DNA of 64,000 bases, taken from contig CBDBGH010000003.1 in the NCBI GenBank assembly GCA_965205265.1, positions 3,936,001 through 4,000,000 on the forward strand. The letters run 5' to 3'. The DNA is from Alphaproteobacteria bacterium. GTDB lineage: Bacteria; Pseudomonadota; Alphaproteobacteria; Bin95. Positions 40,248 through 50,474 of the stretch are shown here, piece by piece (the stretch's first letter is position 1; each line of letters starts with the position of its first letter). The position numbers were made by a program, and so were the translations under genes. The notes below the pieces were generated by a model that searched no databases, was not told the DNA's origin, and saw only the letters and a program-made list of their open reading frames with translations.

Positions 40248-40943
40248 TCAAGCTACCGCCAGCACCAGCAGGACCGCCAGTTCCGTCACCTGCTGGACAG
40301 CGCCGAGGGTGTCGCCGGTGTGGCCGCCGAAGCGCCGGGCCGTCCACCATGCGGCGGCGAAGGCTGCGAGCGCGGCCGCCGGGACCGCCGGCCAGCCGAG
40401 TGCGATGCCGATGCCGGCCGCCAGCAGGAGCGGGGCGAGGGCGGAGGTCGGGCCGGCTTCGGCTGCGAGGCCGTCGCTGCGGGCCGGCGGCGTCCAGGCC
40501 ATCGCGCCCGCCACAGCGCCGCGCGAGAGCGCATGCGCCGCCAGCGCCGCGACCGGCCCCGCCGCCGCCAGCGCCAGCGCCCGCATCGGCACCGTCAGCG
40601 CCAACGCCAGCGCGCCGAAGGCGCCGGCGCGGGAATCCCGCATGGCGTCCAGCGCGCGGCGCCGGCCGCGGACGCCGAGGCCGTCCGCCGTGTCGGCCAG
40701 GCCGTCCTCATGCAGCCCGCCCGTGACCGCGATGCCGGCGCCGACGGCGAGGAATCCCGCCAATTCGGCCGGCAGGCCGGCCTCCCGCGCCGCCAGGAAG
40801 ACAAGCGCCACGCAGCCGCCCACGGCCAGCCCCGCCAGCGGGAAGCACCAGGCCGCCTCGCCGAGCGGCCGCGGCTCCAGCCGGCCGGCGGGCAGCACAG
40901 TCAGGAACTGGAAGGCCAGCCGCATGTCGTCGAGGGCGCGCAT
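40248..40943 (-). CDS. cobS: Adenosylcobinamide-GDP ribazoletransferase
   Basis: FLTVLP, TGGLHEDGLADTADG, MRDSR, GGHTGDTLGA. Confidence 0.93.
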   Translation of the reverse strand: MRALDDMRLAFQFLTVLPAGRLEPRPLGEAAWCFPLAGLAVGGCVALVFLAAREAGLPAELAGFLAVGAGIAVTGGLHEDGLADTADGLGVRGRRRALDAMRDSRAGAFGALALALTVPMRALALAAAGPVAALAAHALSRGAVAGAMAWTPPARSDGLAAEAGPTSALAPLLLAAGIGIALGWPAVPAAALAAFAAAWWTARRFGGHTGDTLGAVQQVTELAVLLVLAVA

Positions 40944-40979
40944 GGACTTCCCCGGGCGAATCCGCGATAGACCGCCAGC

Positions 40980-42071
40980 ATGTCCGAAACCGATCCTGCT
41001 GTCTCGCACGACGAGACCAACGCGGCTGCCTCGCCCAACGAGACTGCACCTGTCGTCTCGCTGGCCGAGATCGCCGAAACGCTCGCGCACCTGCCCGGCC
41101 CCGACGAGGCGGCGCGGGAGGCGGCGCGCGCGCGGGACGCGCTGTTGACCAAACCGCCGGGGGCGCTCGGGCGGCTGGAGGAACTGGCCGAGTGGCTCGC
41201 CGCATGGCAGGGCCGCCATCCGCCGCGCCTGGAGCGCGCGCGCGTCGCGGTCTTCGCCGGCAATCACGGCGTCGCCCGGCGCGGCGTCTCGGCCTGGCCG
41301 GCTTCGGTGACGGCGGAAATGGTGCAGAACTTCATCGCCGGCGGCGCGGCGGTGAACGCCATTTGCGGCGCGCTGGATGCCGAACTCCGGGTCTATGAGC
41401 TCTCGCTGGAGACGCCGACGGCGGATTTCACAGAAGCACCCGCCATGACGGACGAGGAATGCGCGCGCGCCATCGCCTACGGCATGATGGCCGTCGAGCC
41501 CGGCCTCGATGCGCTCGCGATCGGCGAGATGGGCATCGCCAACACCGCCTCGGCCGCCGCCATCGCGCATGCGCTGCACGGGGGCCGGGCGGAGGACTGG
41601 ACCGGGCCCGGCACCGGCGTTTCCGGCGCGCGCCTCGAAGCGAAGATCGAAACCGTGCGCCTGGGCGCGGCCCGGCATGGCGGCCGGCCGCCGCTGGAGG
41701 TGCTGCGCCGGCTCGGCGGCTTCGAGACCGCCGCCATGTTCGGCGCGCTGGCGGCGGCGCGCATGGGGCGCGTGCCGGTGCTGCTGGACGGCTACGGCGC
41801 CGCGGCCGCGGCGGCCGTGCTGCATGCGCTCGACCCGACCGGCCTCGACCATTGCCAGGCCGGCCATCTCTCCGCCGAGCCCGCCCATGCGCGGCTGCTG
41901 GCGCTCTGGGGCAAGGCGCCGCTGCTGGACCTCGGCATGCGCCTCGGGGAAGGCTCCGGCGCGGCCCTCGCGCTCGCGCTGCTCAGGGCCGCCGCCCGCT
42001 GCCATGCGGAAATGGCCACCTTCGAGGGCGCCGGCGTCTCCGGCCCGGAAACCCGCCCGGCGGGCCGGTAG
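40980..42071 (+). CDS. cobT: Nicotinate-nucleotide-dimethylbenzimidazole phosphoribosyltransferase
   Basis: LTKPPGALGRLE, GEMGIANT, GPGTG, MRLGEGSGA, MATF. Confidence 0.95.
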   Translation: MSETDPAVSHDETNAAASPNETAPVVSLAEIAETLAHLPGPDEAAREAARARDALLTKPPGALGRLEELAEWLAAWQGRHPPRLERARVAVFAGNHGVARRGVSAWPASVTAEMVQNFIAGGAAVNAICGALDAELRVYELSLETPTADFTEAPAMTDEECARAIAYGMMAVEPGLDALAIGEMGIANTASAAAIAHALHGGRAEDWTGPGTGVSGARLEAKIETVRLGAARHGGRPPLEVLRRLGGFETAAMFGALAAARMGRVPVLLDGYGAAAAAAVLHALDPTGLDHCQAGHLSAEPAHARLLALWGKAPLLDLGMRLGEGSGAALALALLRAAARCHAEMATFEGAGVSGPETRPAGR

Positions 42072-42083
42072 CCGGGCAGGGCC

Positions 42084-42641
42084 CTACAGCACCGGCGCGC
42101 CGAACAAGGCGGCGTGGAAATATGCCAGGAGGCCGGCGGCGACGAGCCCCGCGGCCAGGGCCGCCGCATCCATCGCGAGGCGCGGCGGCTTGTCGGCGGG
42201 GGGCCGCTTGCCGCGCGCCACCGCGCTTGCCGCCGCCACAAGGGAGAATCCTGAAAGGCCCCCGAAGAGCAGGAGCGAGCGCAGGTCTCCGTTCGCCGCC
42301 AGATGGGCGAGCGCCCAGAGAAGGAGCCCGAGAAGCATGGGGTGCCGGACGACGGATCGGATGTGCGTCGGCATATTGGCCGCGGCGAACAGCACGAGCG
42401 CCGCCGGCACAACCAGCATCGCCGCATGCCGCCCCCAGTCCGGAGGCGAATAGACCGGCTCGAACGGCGCCGCCGCATAGCCCCAGACGATCATCGCCAG
42501 GCCTGCGAAGGCGAGGGCCGAGAACACCCCGCGATACGGCTTTTCGCCCATGCCGGCGACAAGGCCGGCGCGAAGGGGAGCAACGCTCGGAATCATGTGC
42601 AGGGCGATGAAGAGCGCGAGGCCAGCAATGAGAAGGGTCAT
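42084..42641 (-). CDS. NnrU-family membrane protein
   Basis: RHPMLLG..LWALAHLAANGD motif. Confidence 0.88.
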   Translation of the reverse strand: MTLLIAGLALFIALHMIPSVAPLRAGLVAGMGEKPYRGVFSALAFAGLAMIVWGYAAAPFEPVYSPPDWGRHAAMLVVPAALVLFAAANMPTHIRSVVRHPMLLGLLLWALAHLAANGDLRSLLLFGGLSGFSLVAAASAVARGKRPPADKPPRLAMDAAALAAGLVAAGLLAYFHAALFGAPVL

Positions 42642-42687
42642 GGCGGGTCCTTTCCGGTTTCGACGTCGGGGAAATCCGCCCGGCGCG

Positions 42688-43014
42688 TCAGGTAACGATG
42701 CCGAGGAACAGCGCGAGCGCACGGTTCACGGCGCGCATGGCGTCCTCCTCCAGACGGCCGAACGGTTGGCCCAGTTTACCGGTCCGTACCGTTGTGGCCT
42801 TGTCGGCCATAATGAAGTACCGTGTTCGCAGACCGTTGGCGGGAGACGGTTCGACCGCAACCCGGAACAACGGCATCTCCGCCTCGGTCGATGTCACCAG
42901 CAGAACCGTTACGGTGGCCGTTTCCCGGAACCGGTCCGACTGCACCACGAGAGCGGGGCGCGGCTTACCGAATTCTCCCGGCGCGACAACGGTTACAAGG
43001 TCGCCGCGCGTCAC
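42688..43014 (-). CDS. PemK/MazF-family toxin
   Basis: RGDLVTV..PGEFGKPRPALVVQSD...NGL...MADK. Confidence 0.92.
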   Translation of the reverse strand: MTRGDLVTVVAPGEFGKPRPALVVQSDRFRETATVTVLLVTSTEAEMPLFRVAVEPSPANGLRTRYFIMADKATTVRTGKLGQPFGRLEEDAMRAVNRALALFLGIVT

Positions 43015-43229
43015 TCCGGATCGCCCAGGTCTTCCAGAACGGCGTCCAGAAAGCCCATAAGTTCGGGGTCGTTCCGGTCCGCCGCCACCGCCAGCGCCGC
43101 TTGCCGGCGGCATTCCTCCTCGAAGCCCGGCCGCCGGCTGTCGGGGACCCAGATCTGGACGGGACGGAGCCCCTGCGCCCGCAATACTTCCCTTCGCTTG
43201 CGGACACGTTCGGCGTTCGATGAAGGCAT
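43011..43229 (-). CDS. MazE-like (DUF3018) antitoxin
   Basis: RVRKRRE.LRAQGLRPVQIWVPD.R.PGF..ECRRQ. GTGA-coupled to the toxin. Confidence 0.9.
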   Translation of the reverse strand: MPSSNAERVRKRREVLRAQGLRPVQIWVPDSRRPGFEEECRRQAALAVAADRNDPELMGFLDAVLEDLGDPE

Positions 43230-43246
43230 GATTCACCCCGGCCCGT

Positions 43247-43260
43247 TGTTACATGTAACA
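43247..43260. promoter_or_regulatory. Probable TA autoregulatory operator
   Basis: Perfect 14-bp palindrome TGTTACATGTAACA between a minus-strand TTGACC (43285-43280) and the antitoxin ATG. Confidence 0.7.
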
Positions 43261-43300
43261 TGAAGCCGATAGTCGGAGCGGTCAAGTCTCAAGAAGCCGC

Positions 43301-43852
43301 TCAGCCGCCCCGGCCCGCGACATGCTCCTGCAGGCGGGGCATGATTTCCACGAAATTGCAGGGGCGGAAACGGTAGTCGAGCTGCCAGTGAAGGATGTCG
43401 TCCCAGGCGTCCCTGCAGGCGCCGGTGGAGCCGGGCAGGGCGAACAGGTAAGTGCCGCCGGCCGTGCCGGCCGTGGCGCGGGACTGGATGGTCGAGGCGC
43501 CGATCTTCTGGAAGCTCTGCCAGCGGAACAGCTCGCCGAAGCCGTCTATGCGCTTCTCATAGACGCCCTCGAAGGCTTCGGGCGTAACGTCCCGCCCGGT
43601 AAGTCCCGTGCCGCCGGTCGCAATCACGCAGTCGATTTCGGGATCGTCGATCCAGCGCCGCAGGGCCGCCCGGATGGCGTCGATCTCGTCGCGGACGATG
43701 GCGCGGTCCGCGAGTATGTGCCCGTCGCGCTCCAGCCGCCCGGCCAGCGTGTCGCCCGAGCGGTCGTCGGCCGGGCTGCGCGTGTCCGAAACGGTGAGCA
43801 CGGCGATGCGCACGGGAATGAAAGGGCGGCTCTCGTCTATCGTTCCGGGCAT
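43301..43852 (-). CDS. moaB: Molybdenum cofactor biosynthesis protein B
   Basis: [36 protein letters not shown]. Confidence 0.95.
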   Translation of the reverse strand: MPGTIDESRPFIPVRIAVLTVSDTRSPADDRSGDTLAGRLERDGHILADRAIVRDEIDAIRAALRRWIDDPEIDCVIATGGTGLTGRDVTPEAFEGVYEKRIDGFGELFRWQSFQKIGASTIQSRATAGTAGGTYLFALPGSTGACRDAWDDILHWQLDYRFRPCNFVEIMPRLQEHVAGRGG

Positions 43853-43882
43853 TGCGGGGGGTGCTTTCCGGGCGAAGGCGCG

Positions 43883-45601
43883 TCACGCATTCGGCGGGCT
43901 GCCGCTCGCGTCCGCCTGACGGATATCGAGGGACTTATAGAGCGGCGCCTCGCCGGTCGCCAGCGCGGCCAGGCTCGGCCGCTTCTGGCCCAGCCTGGCC
44001 CGATAGGCCCAGATATTCGTGAGCACATGCTCGACGAAAACCCGGGTCTCCTTGGCGGGCAGGCTCTCGATGAACAGAAGCCGGTCGTTCAGATGCCGCA
44101 CGGTCGCATTCCAGCGGCGCAGCCTGCCGGCGCCGGCATTGTAGGCGATGGCGAGATTGAGGAGGTCGCCCGACACCTCGTCCTTTTCCAGCAGCATGCT
44201 GAGATAGTTGCGCCCGAGCGTCAGGTTGAGTTCGGGCTCCAGAAGGCGCTTGAGCTTCCTGCCGGCGAAGCGCTCGCCGCCGGACACGGCATTCGCCGTC
44301 GATGGCATGAGCTGCATCAGCCCGCGCGCCCCGGCCTTGCTGGAGGCGCGGGTGTCGAAGGCGCTCTCGCGGCGCATGAAGCCCAGCAGCAGCGCCCGGT
44401 CCAGGCCGTAGCCGCCTTCCGGTTCCCAGGGCGCCAGCGGGTAGAGCGCGAGGTCGCGGGGCGCGTCGCCGCGGCCGAGCAGGCGGCGCCCGGCCAGCAG
44501 CGCCGCGCGCGGCAGGCGGGCGAATATGGACGCGGCGAGCAGGGCGCGCGTCGTGTCGGAATCGGCATCGGCGAGGGCGCGGCGCATTTCGGCCTCCGCC
44601 TCTACCGTGCGCCCCACCTCGGCCAGGGCCAGCGCGCGGACCGCCGCCGGTTCCGCGTGAATCCGCAGGCGGTCCGCATCGTCGAGCGGCGGCGGCTCGA
44701 AATTCAGCCCATGCGGCAGGCCCAGCATTTCGCGGGCCAGCATGCCGTAGAAGGTGCGCTTGTGGCGCGCCGCCTCCCGGAGCCATAGTTCGGCCTCCTC
44801 GGACCGCTCGATCCGGCGCAGCATCCTGGCCGCCCAGAACGCCCCGGCGGACGCGTTCCAGGGCGAGGCCGCGGGAGACCGCGCATGGGCCGCGAAATGC
44901 CGCGCGGCGCCCGCATGCCAACCGAGCCTGAGCGCCGCCAGCCCGGCGACCCAGTGGAGCAGCGAAACCCGGCCCTGCGCGAGCTCCGCGCGCCTCGAGG
45001 CGAGGCTGTAGGCTTCCGCATCCTTGCCGAGAAGGTAGTAGAAGAAGGCGATATCGGCGCGCAGCTTGTCGGCGTAGTCCTGCCCGAGCGCGCGATGCAC
45101 GGCCGCGTCGCGGAACAGGTTTCGCGCAAGATCGGGCCGCTCGTCCTTCAGATGCTGCTCGATGATCCGGGCATAGATCCGGCCGACGGCCGTCGGCGGT
45201 TTCCGCAGGGGCGCAGCGAGGAACACCGGCGTCGGCTTGCGCACGGGCGGATGCTTCTCCGGCGGCGGCGGCAGCGCGCCCGGCGGCCGGCGCTTGAGCG
45301 CCAGGCGCGATATGTCCTGCGCGCCCGGATGGTCGCCATAGGCCTCCAGCCAGGACCGCAATTCCTCGTAGGGCGTTACATAGTCGCGCGAGACGGCGTA
45401 GCGCCGGTAAAGGACGTGGCCCATCAGCAGCGGGTTGTCCACCTCCTTCGCCAGCGCGTCCGATTCCTCCCAGAGGTTCTCTGCCTCCAGCTGGAAAAGG
45501 CGCTGGTAGCGCTCCGTATCGGCCGGCGACAGGATCCGGAGTTCGGCGGCCCCGGCGGCGCCGCTCCAGGCCGTCAGCATGGCGAGCGCAAGGACCCTCA
45601 C
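43883..45601 (-). CDS. Soluble lytic transglycosylase (SLT domain)
   Basis: RRESAF, GARGLMQLMPSTA, AYNAG, ETRVFV. GTG start coupled to the upstream gene. Confidence 0.92.
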   Translation of the reverse strand: MRVLALAMLTAWSGAAGAAELRILSPADTERYQRLFQLEAENLWEESDALAKEVDNPLLMGHVLYRRYAVSRDYVTPYEELRSWLEAYGDHPGAQDISRLALKRRPPGALPPPPEKHPPVRKPTPVFLAAPLRKPPTAVGRIYARIIEQHLKDERPDLARNLFRDAAVHRALGQDYADKLRADIAFFYYLLGKDAEAYSLASRRAELAQGRVSLLHWVAGLAALRLGWHAGAARHFAAHARSPAASPWNASAGAFWAARMLRRIERSEEAELWLREAARHKRTFYGMLAREMLGLPHGLNFEPPPLDDADRLRIHAEPAAVRALALAEVGRTVEAEAEMRRALADADSDTTRALLAASIFARLPRAALLAGRRLLGRGDAPRDLALYPLAPWEPEGGYGLDRALLLGFMRRESAFDTRASSKAGARGLMQLMPSTANAVSGGERFAGRKLKRLLEPELNLTLGRNYLSMLLEKDEVSGDLLNLAIAYNAGAGRLRRWNATVRHLNDRLLFIESLPAKETRVFVEHVLTNIWAYRARLGQKRPSLAALATGEAPLYKSLDIRQADASGSPPNA

Positions 45602-46371
45602 GGGGCGCCGGTCTCCAGCCGGGCCTTCACGGCCAGCAGGTCCCGCCAGGATTCGCGCTTGCGCGCCGGCGAACGCAGCAGGAAAGCCGGGTGGAAGGTC
45701 GGCATGACATCGATCGGCCCGTCCGGCGTCGCAAAAGCCTGCCAGCGCCCGCGCAGGCGCATGATGCCCTCCGTAGTGCCGAGCAGCGTCTTGGCGGCCG
45801 CGCCGCCGGCCAGCATCAGCACTCTCGGCGCCACCAGCGCAATCTGCCGGTCCACGAACGGACGGCAGGCTTCCACCTCCTCCGCCGAAGGCGTGCGGTT
45901 GCCCGGGGGGCGCCAATAGACGGTGTTGGCGATATAGACCTCCTCGCGGGCGAGCCCGATCGCGGCCAGCATCCGCTCCAGAAGCCGCCCGCTGGGACCG
46001 ACGAAGGGGCGGCCCTGGCGGTCCTCATCGGCGCCCGGCGCCTCGCCGACGATCATCAGGCCGGCCCCGGCGGGCCCTTCGCCGAACACGGTGTTGATGG
46101 CCGTCTTCTTCAGCGCGCAGCCGTCGAAGGCGAGCAGGCGCTCGCGGAGCGCATCCAGGTCGCCGTCCGCCGCCATATCCTGCACCGCGGGCGCCGCTGC
46201 CGCCGGGCGCGGGCGCGACGGTGCCGCCCCGGTAGCGGGGGGCGGGGAGGCCGGCGCCTTGCTTGCCGGGGGCGGGGCGAACCGGTCGAACGGCTCGAAG
46301 CCGACAACCTCGTCCACGCCCGCCTCCAATTGCCACTCCAGCGCCGCGAACAAGGGTTCCCGTTCGGTCAT
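45598..46371 (-). CDS. Uracil-DNA glycosylase family 4
   Basis: GEAPGADED.QGRPFVG, RPPGNRTP, HPAFLLR. Confidence 0.93.
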   Translation of the reverse strand: MTEREPLFAALEWQLEAGVDEVVGFEPFDRFAPPPASKAPASPPPATGAAPSRPRPAAAAPAVQDMAADGDLDALRERLLAFDGCALKKTAINTVFGEGPAGAGLMIVGEAPGADEDRQGRPFVGPSGRLLERMLAAIGLAREEVYIANTVYWRPPGNRTPSAEEVEACRPFVDRQIALVAPRVLMLAGGAAAKTLLGTTEGIMRLRGRWQAFATPDGPIDVMPTFHPAFLLRSPARKRESWRDLLAVKARLETGAP

Positions 46372-46431
46372 GGCGCAGCCTGAATGTCCAGACTATGTTA
46401 GCGCAAAATGCGCCGGATGGAGAAGGCGGAC

Positions 46432-48075
46432 ATGGAACGCGAGAGCATGGAGTTCGATGTCGTCATCGTCGGCGGCGGCCCGGCGGGGCTGGCTGCCGCG
46501 ATACGCCTGAAACAGCTTGCGGCCGAGGCCGGCTCCGAGATTGCCGTCTGCCTGATCGAGAAAGGCTCCGAGATCGGCGCCCATATCCTCTCGGGCGCCG
46601 TTCTCGATCCGCGCGCGCTCAACGAATTGCTGCCCGACTGGCAGGAGCTCGGCGCGCCCCTGGACACGCCGGTCAGGGAGGACCGGTTCTTTCTGCTCGG
46701 CGAGAAACGTGCCTTCCGGGTGCCGGGCCCGCTCCTGCCGCCGACATTGCGCAACCACGGCAACCATATCGTCAGCCTCGGCAATGTCTGTCGCTGGATG
46801 GCCGAACAGGCCGAGGCGCTCGAGGTGGAAATCTATCCCGGTTTCGCCGCCGCCGAAGTGCTTTACCGCGAGGACGGGTCGGTGGCCGGCGTGGCGACGG
46901 GCGACATGGGCATCGGGCGCGACGGCGATCCCAGGGCGACGCCTGAGCCCGGCATAGAGCTGCGCGCCAGATACACGATGTTCGCCGAGGGCTGCCGGGG
47001 CTCGCTCGGCAAGCAGCTCATGGACCGCTTCGACCTCCGGCGGGACTGCCAGCCGCAGACCTACGGCATCGGCATCAAGGAGCTGTGGGACGTCGATCCG
47101 GCGGTCCACGAACCGGGGCTGGTGGTCCATACCGCCGGCTGGCCGATGGACGGGCGCACCTATGGCGGGTCCTTCCTCTACCATCTGGCGGGCGGGCAGG
47201 TGGCGGTCGGCTTCGTCATCGCTCTCGATTACCGCAATCCCTGGCTCAGCCCCTTCGACGAGTTCCAGCGCTACAAGACCCACCCGAAAATCCGCCCCTT
47301 CTTCGAAGGCGGGCAGCGCGTCGCCTATGGCGCCCGCGCCGTGAACGAAGGCGGGATACAGGCGCTGCCGAAGCTCGTGTTTCCCGGCGGCGCGCTGATC
47401 GGCTGCGAGGCGGGGTTCCTCAATGTGCCGCGCATCAAGGGCAGCCACGGCGCCATGAAGACCGGCATGCTGGCCGCCGAGGCAGCCTTCCGGCGTCTGT
47501 CGGAGGGTTCGGAAGGGGGCGACGAACTCACGGCCTATCCGGAGGCCTTCCGCGCGTCCTGGCTGCATGACGAACTCCACCGGGCGCGCAATGTCCGCCC
47601 CGGTTTCCGCTGGGGCCTTGCGGCCGGGATGCTCCATGCGGGCTTCGACCAGATGCTGCTGCGCGGCCGGGCGCCATGGACGCTGCGCCATCACAGCACG
47701 GACCATGCCGCCACCGGCCGCCGGGACGACCACGAGCCGATCGAATACCCGAAGCCGGACGGGGTGGTGTCCTTCGACAAGCCGTCCTCGGTCTATCTTT
47801 CCGGCACCAACCACGAAGAGGACCAGCCGGTCCATCTGGTGCTGAAGGATGCGGAGATCCCCATCCGGGTCAATCTCGCCGAATTCGATGCGCCCGAGCA
47901 GCGCTACTGCCCGGCCGGGGTTTACGAGATCGTTGAGGACGGCGGCGGCCCGCGCCTCCAGATCAATGCGCAGAACTGCGTCCACTGCAAGACCTGCGAC
48001 ATCAAGGACCCGACCCAGAACATCGTCTGGACAGTGCCGGAAGGCGGCGGCGGACCCAACTATCCGAACATGTGA
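46432..48075 (+). CDS. Electron transfer flavoprotein-ubiquinone oxidoreductase
   Basis: [43 protein letters not shown]. Confidence 0.96.
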   Translation: MERESMEFDVVIVGGGPAGLAAAIRLKQLAAEAGSEIAVCLIEKGSEIGAHILSGAVLDPRALNELLPDWQELGAPLDTPVREDRFFLLGEKRAFRVPGPLLPPTLRNHGNHIVSLGNVCRWMAEQAEALEVEIYPGFAAAEVLYREDGSVAGVATGDMGIGRDGDPRATPEPGIELRARYTMFAEGCRGSLGKQLMDRFDLRRDCQPQTYGIGIKELWDVDPAVHEPGLVVHTAGWPMDGRTYGGSFLYHLAGGQVAVGFVIALDYRNPWLSPFDEFQRYKTHPKIRPFFEGGQRVAYGARAVNEGGIQALPKLVFPGGALIGCEAGFLNVPRIKGSHGAMKTGMLAAEAAFRRLSEGSEGGDELTAYPEAFRASWLHDELHRARNVRPGFRWGLAAGMLHAGFDQMLLRGRAPWTLRHHSTDHAATGRRDDHEPIEYPKPDGVVSFDKPSSVYLSGTNHEEDQPVHLVLKDAEIPIRVNLAEFDAPEQRYCPAGVYEIVEDGGGPRLQINAQNCVHCKTCDIKDPTQNIVWTVPEGGGGPNYPNM

Positions 48076-48084
48076 GGGCGGGCG

Positions 48085-49668
48085 ATGCGCGCCTTTCTTC
48101 TGGCACTTGCGCTCCTGTTCTCGGCCGCCTGCCGTCCGCAGGCTGCGCCGGCCCTGACGGACTGGCTGGCCGCGGGCTATGCGGAGCAGCAATTCGACCT
48201 CGCCGCAGCCATCGATTTCTACCGGCGCGCGCTCGAAGCGGACCCGGGCAATTTCAAGGTGCAGGGCCGCCTGCTGCGGATGAGAATCGCGGCCGGCGAT
48301 GCCGGGGCGAGCCTGGCTCTTGCGCGGCGGATGAACGAATCCCTCCCGGCCCGCGGGCTCGGCAGAGAGGCGGCGCTGGCTAGCGCGCTTATGGCACTGC
48401 GCCTCGCAGTGGACGACATAGGCCGGGAAGACTGGCCGGCAGCGGCCGCGCGGCTCGAAGGACCGGCGGGCAAAGCTGTACCGGAGGTGCTCAAACTGCT
48501 TTCCCTTGCCTGGCTGCGCCATGCAGCGGGCGATGCGTCCGGCTCGGAAGACGCGCTTTCGAGGACCGGGAAGCTCCGCGGGGTTTCGGGCTGGGAGACT
48601 CTGCACCGCGCCCTGCTCCTGCATGCAGCAGGCCGGACGGAAGAGGCGCGCGACGTATTCGAGCGCATCCGCCGGTCGGGCGTCGGGCTGCAATTGCTGC
48701 GCTACCGCCGCGCGGGCGGGCCGTTCCTTACCGGGGACGCCGACGACGCCGGCTTCCTGGCCTCGACGCCGTCCGAGGGCATCGCTCTGGCGCTTTACGG
48801 CATAGCCGAACGGCTGCATCGACGCCGTGTCGCCCTGGCCCTGATCTATGCCCGGCTCGCGGCGATGCTCGAACCGGACCGCCATGCCGCCCCGGTGCTG
48901 GCCGGGGACGTTCTCGCGGACCGGGGCAGGCACGACGAAGCCGCAGCGGCCTATCGGTCGGTGCCCGCCGGCTCGGCCTGGCGGCTCGCGGCGCGGGCGG
49001 GCCTGGCGAGGGCCTATGCCTCCCGGGACCGTCTCGACGAGGCGGTCGCGCTTCTGGAAGCGGAGGCCGCGGCCCGCCCGGACGACCCCTTCGCGCTCGG
49101 CGAGCTCGGCCGCCTGCTGCGCCGCGAGGAGCGGTTCAAGGACGCCGTCGGTGCCTATGACCGTGCGATCGCCCGGATCGAGGGACAGGCCGGTTTTGCG
49201 CATTGGCGGCTTTATTACGGGCGCGGGATCGCGCTTGAGCGCACCGGCCGCTGGGAGCTTGCGGAGCGCGACCTCCTGAAGGCGCTGGAATTCGCGCCCG
49301 ACGACGCCTATGTGCTGAACTATCTCGGCTATTCCTGGATCGATCGCGGCGAGCATTACGACCGGGCCGAAGAGATGGTCGCCAAGGCCGTCGGCCTCCG
49401 GCCGCGGGACGGTTATATCGCGGACAGTCTGGGCTGGGTCTATTTCCGTACAGGGCGCTACCGCAGGGCCGTCGAGGAATTGGAGCGCGCCGCGGCGCTG
49501 GAGCCGCTGGACCCGGTGGTGAACGAACATCTGGGCGATGCCTACTGGAAGACGGGGCGCCGCGTCGAAGCCCGGTTCCAGTGGCGCCGCGCGCTGGAGT
49601 TCGACCCGGAGCCCGAGCGCGTCGACGGGCTGCGCCGGCGGCTCGACTGCGGACTCGACTGCGGCTGA
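48085..49668 (+). CDS. Tetratricopeptide repeat protein
   Basis: VLNYLGYSW, DSLGWVYF, EHLGDAYW..GR..EARFQW. Usual ETF-QO/TPR/ispE synteny. Confidence 0.9.
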   Translation: MRAFLLALALLFSAACRPQAAPALTDWLAAGYAEQQFDLAAAIDFYRRALEADPGNFKVQGRLLRMRIAAGDAGASLALARRMNESLPARGLGREAALASALMALRLAVDDIGREDWPAAAARLEGPAGKAVPEVLKLLSLAWLRHAAGDASGSEDALSRTGKLRGVSGWETLHRALLLHAAGRTEEARDVFERIRRSGVGLQLLRYRRAGGPFLTGDADDAGFLASTPSEGIALALYGIAERLHRRRVALALIYARLAAMLEPDRHAAPVLAGDVLADRGRHDEAAAAYRSVPAGSAWRLAARAGLARAYASRDRLDEAVALLEAEAAARPDDPFALGELGRLLRREERFKDAVGAYDRAIARIEGQAGFAHWRLYYGRGIALERTGRWELAERDLLKALEFAPDDAYVLNYLGYSWIDRGEHYDRAEEMVAKAVGLRPRDGYIADSLGWVYFRTGRYRRAVEELERAAALEPLDPVVNEHLGDAYWKTGRRVEARFQWRRALEFDPEPERVDGLRRRLDCGLDCG

Positions 49669-49673
49669 CCCCG

Positions 49674-50468
49674 ATGCTGCGCGAGCCGGCGCCGGCGAAG
49701 GTCAACCTCTATCTGCATATCGTCGGGCGGCGCGCGGACGGGCTGCATCTGCTGGAAAGCCTGGTCGCCTTCGCCGAGCCGGCCGACATGCTTTACGCCG
49801 AACCCGCGGACCGCCTCAGCCTGGAGGTCGCCGGGCCGTTCGCAGGCGCGCTGGCGGGCGAGGCGGACAATCTGGTGCTGCGGGCGGCAAGGGCGCTGGC
49901 GCCGGGGCAGGGCGCCCGGCTGGTGCTGGAGAAGAACCTGCCGGTGGCGGCGGGGCTCGGCGGCGGCTCCGCGGATGCGGCCGCCGCGCTCCGGCTGCTC
50001 TCGCGGCTGTGGGGCGTGGCGGCCGACCTGGAGGCCCTGGCGGCCGGGCTCGGCGCGGACGTGCCGGTCTGCCTCGCCGGGGGCACAACCGGCGTCGCAG
50101 GCATCGGCGAGCGGCTCACACCCCTGCCGGGCTGGCCCGCACCGCCTCTGCTGCTCGCCAATCCGGGCATCGTCCTGCCGACGCCCGGCGTGTTCGGCGC
50201 GCGGCGCGGTCCCTTCCGGGAAAGCCGGCCGTGGCCGGAGACGATGGCGGACCTCGCCGGTTGCGCGAACGACCTGACGGACGCCGCCATATCGCTGGCG
50301 CCGGAGATCGCCGGCACGCTGGCGGCGCTCTCAGCGCTCGACGGCGCGCTGTTCGCCCGCATGTCCGGCAGCGGCGCCACCTGCTTCGCCGCCTTCGCCG
50401 AAAAGGACGCCCGCGACCGGGCGCGCGAGGCGCTCCGCGAGAGCCGCCCGGACTGGTGGATCGCCTGA
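49674..50468 (+). CDS. ispE: 4-diphosphocytidyl-2-C-methyl-D-erythritol kinase
   Basis: APAKVNLYLH, KNLPVAAGLGGGSADAAA, LGADVP, MSGSGATCF. Confidence 0.96.
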   Translation: MLREPAPAKVNLYLHIVGRRADGLHLLESLVAFAEPADMLYAEPADRLSLEVAGPFAGALAGEADNLVLRAARALAPGQGARLVLEKNLPVAAGLGGGSADAAAALRLLSRLWGVAADLEALAAGLGADVPVCLAGGTTGVAGIGERLTPLPGWPAPPLLLANPGIVLPTPGVFGARRGPFRESRPWPETMADLAGCANDLTDAAISLAPEIAGTLAALSALDGALFARMSGSGATCFAAFAEKDARDRAREALRESRPDWWIA

Positions 50469-50474
50469 GCGGGG

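Noticed and set aside
42642-43330. Possible duplication of the moaB 3' end after the PemK toxin (CGCG..CCGG.GCGG)
   Set aside because: Only ~12 gapped GC-only bases, not distinguishable from chance.
45598-46371. 'Phage SPO1 polymerase-related' protein next to a lytic transglycosylase as a prophage remnant
   Set aside because: It is family-4 UDG in the common alphaproteobacterial ETF-QO/UDG/SLT/moaB neighbourhood, with no phage structural genes.
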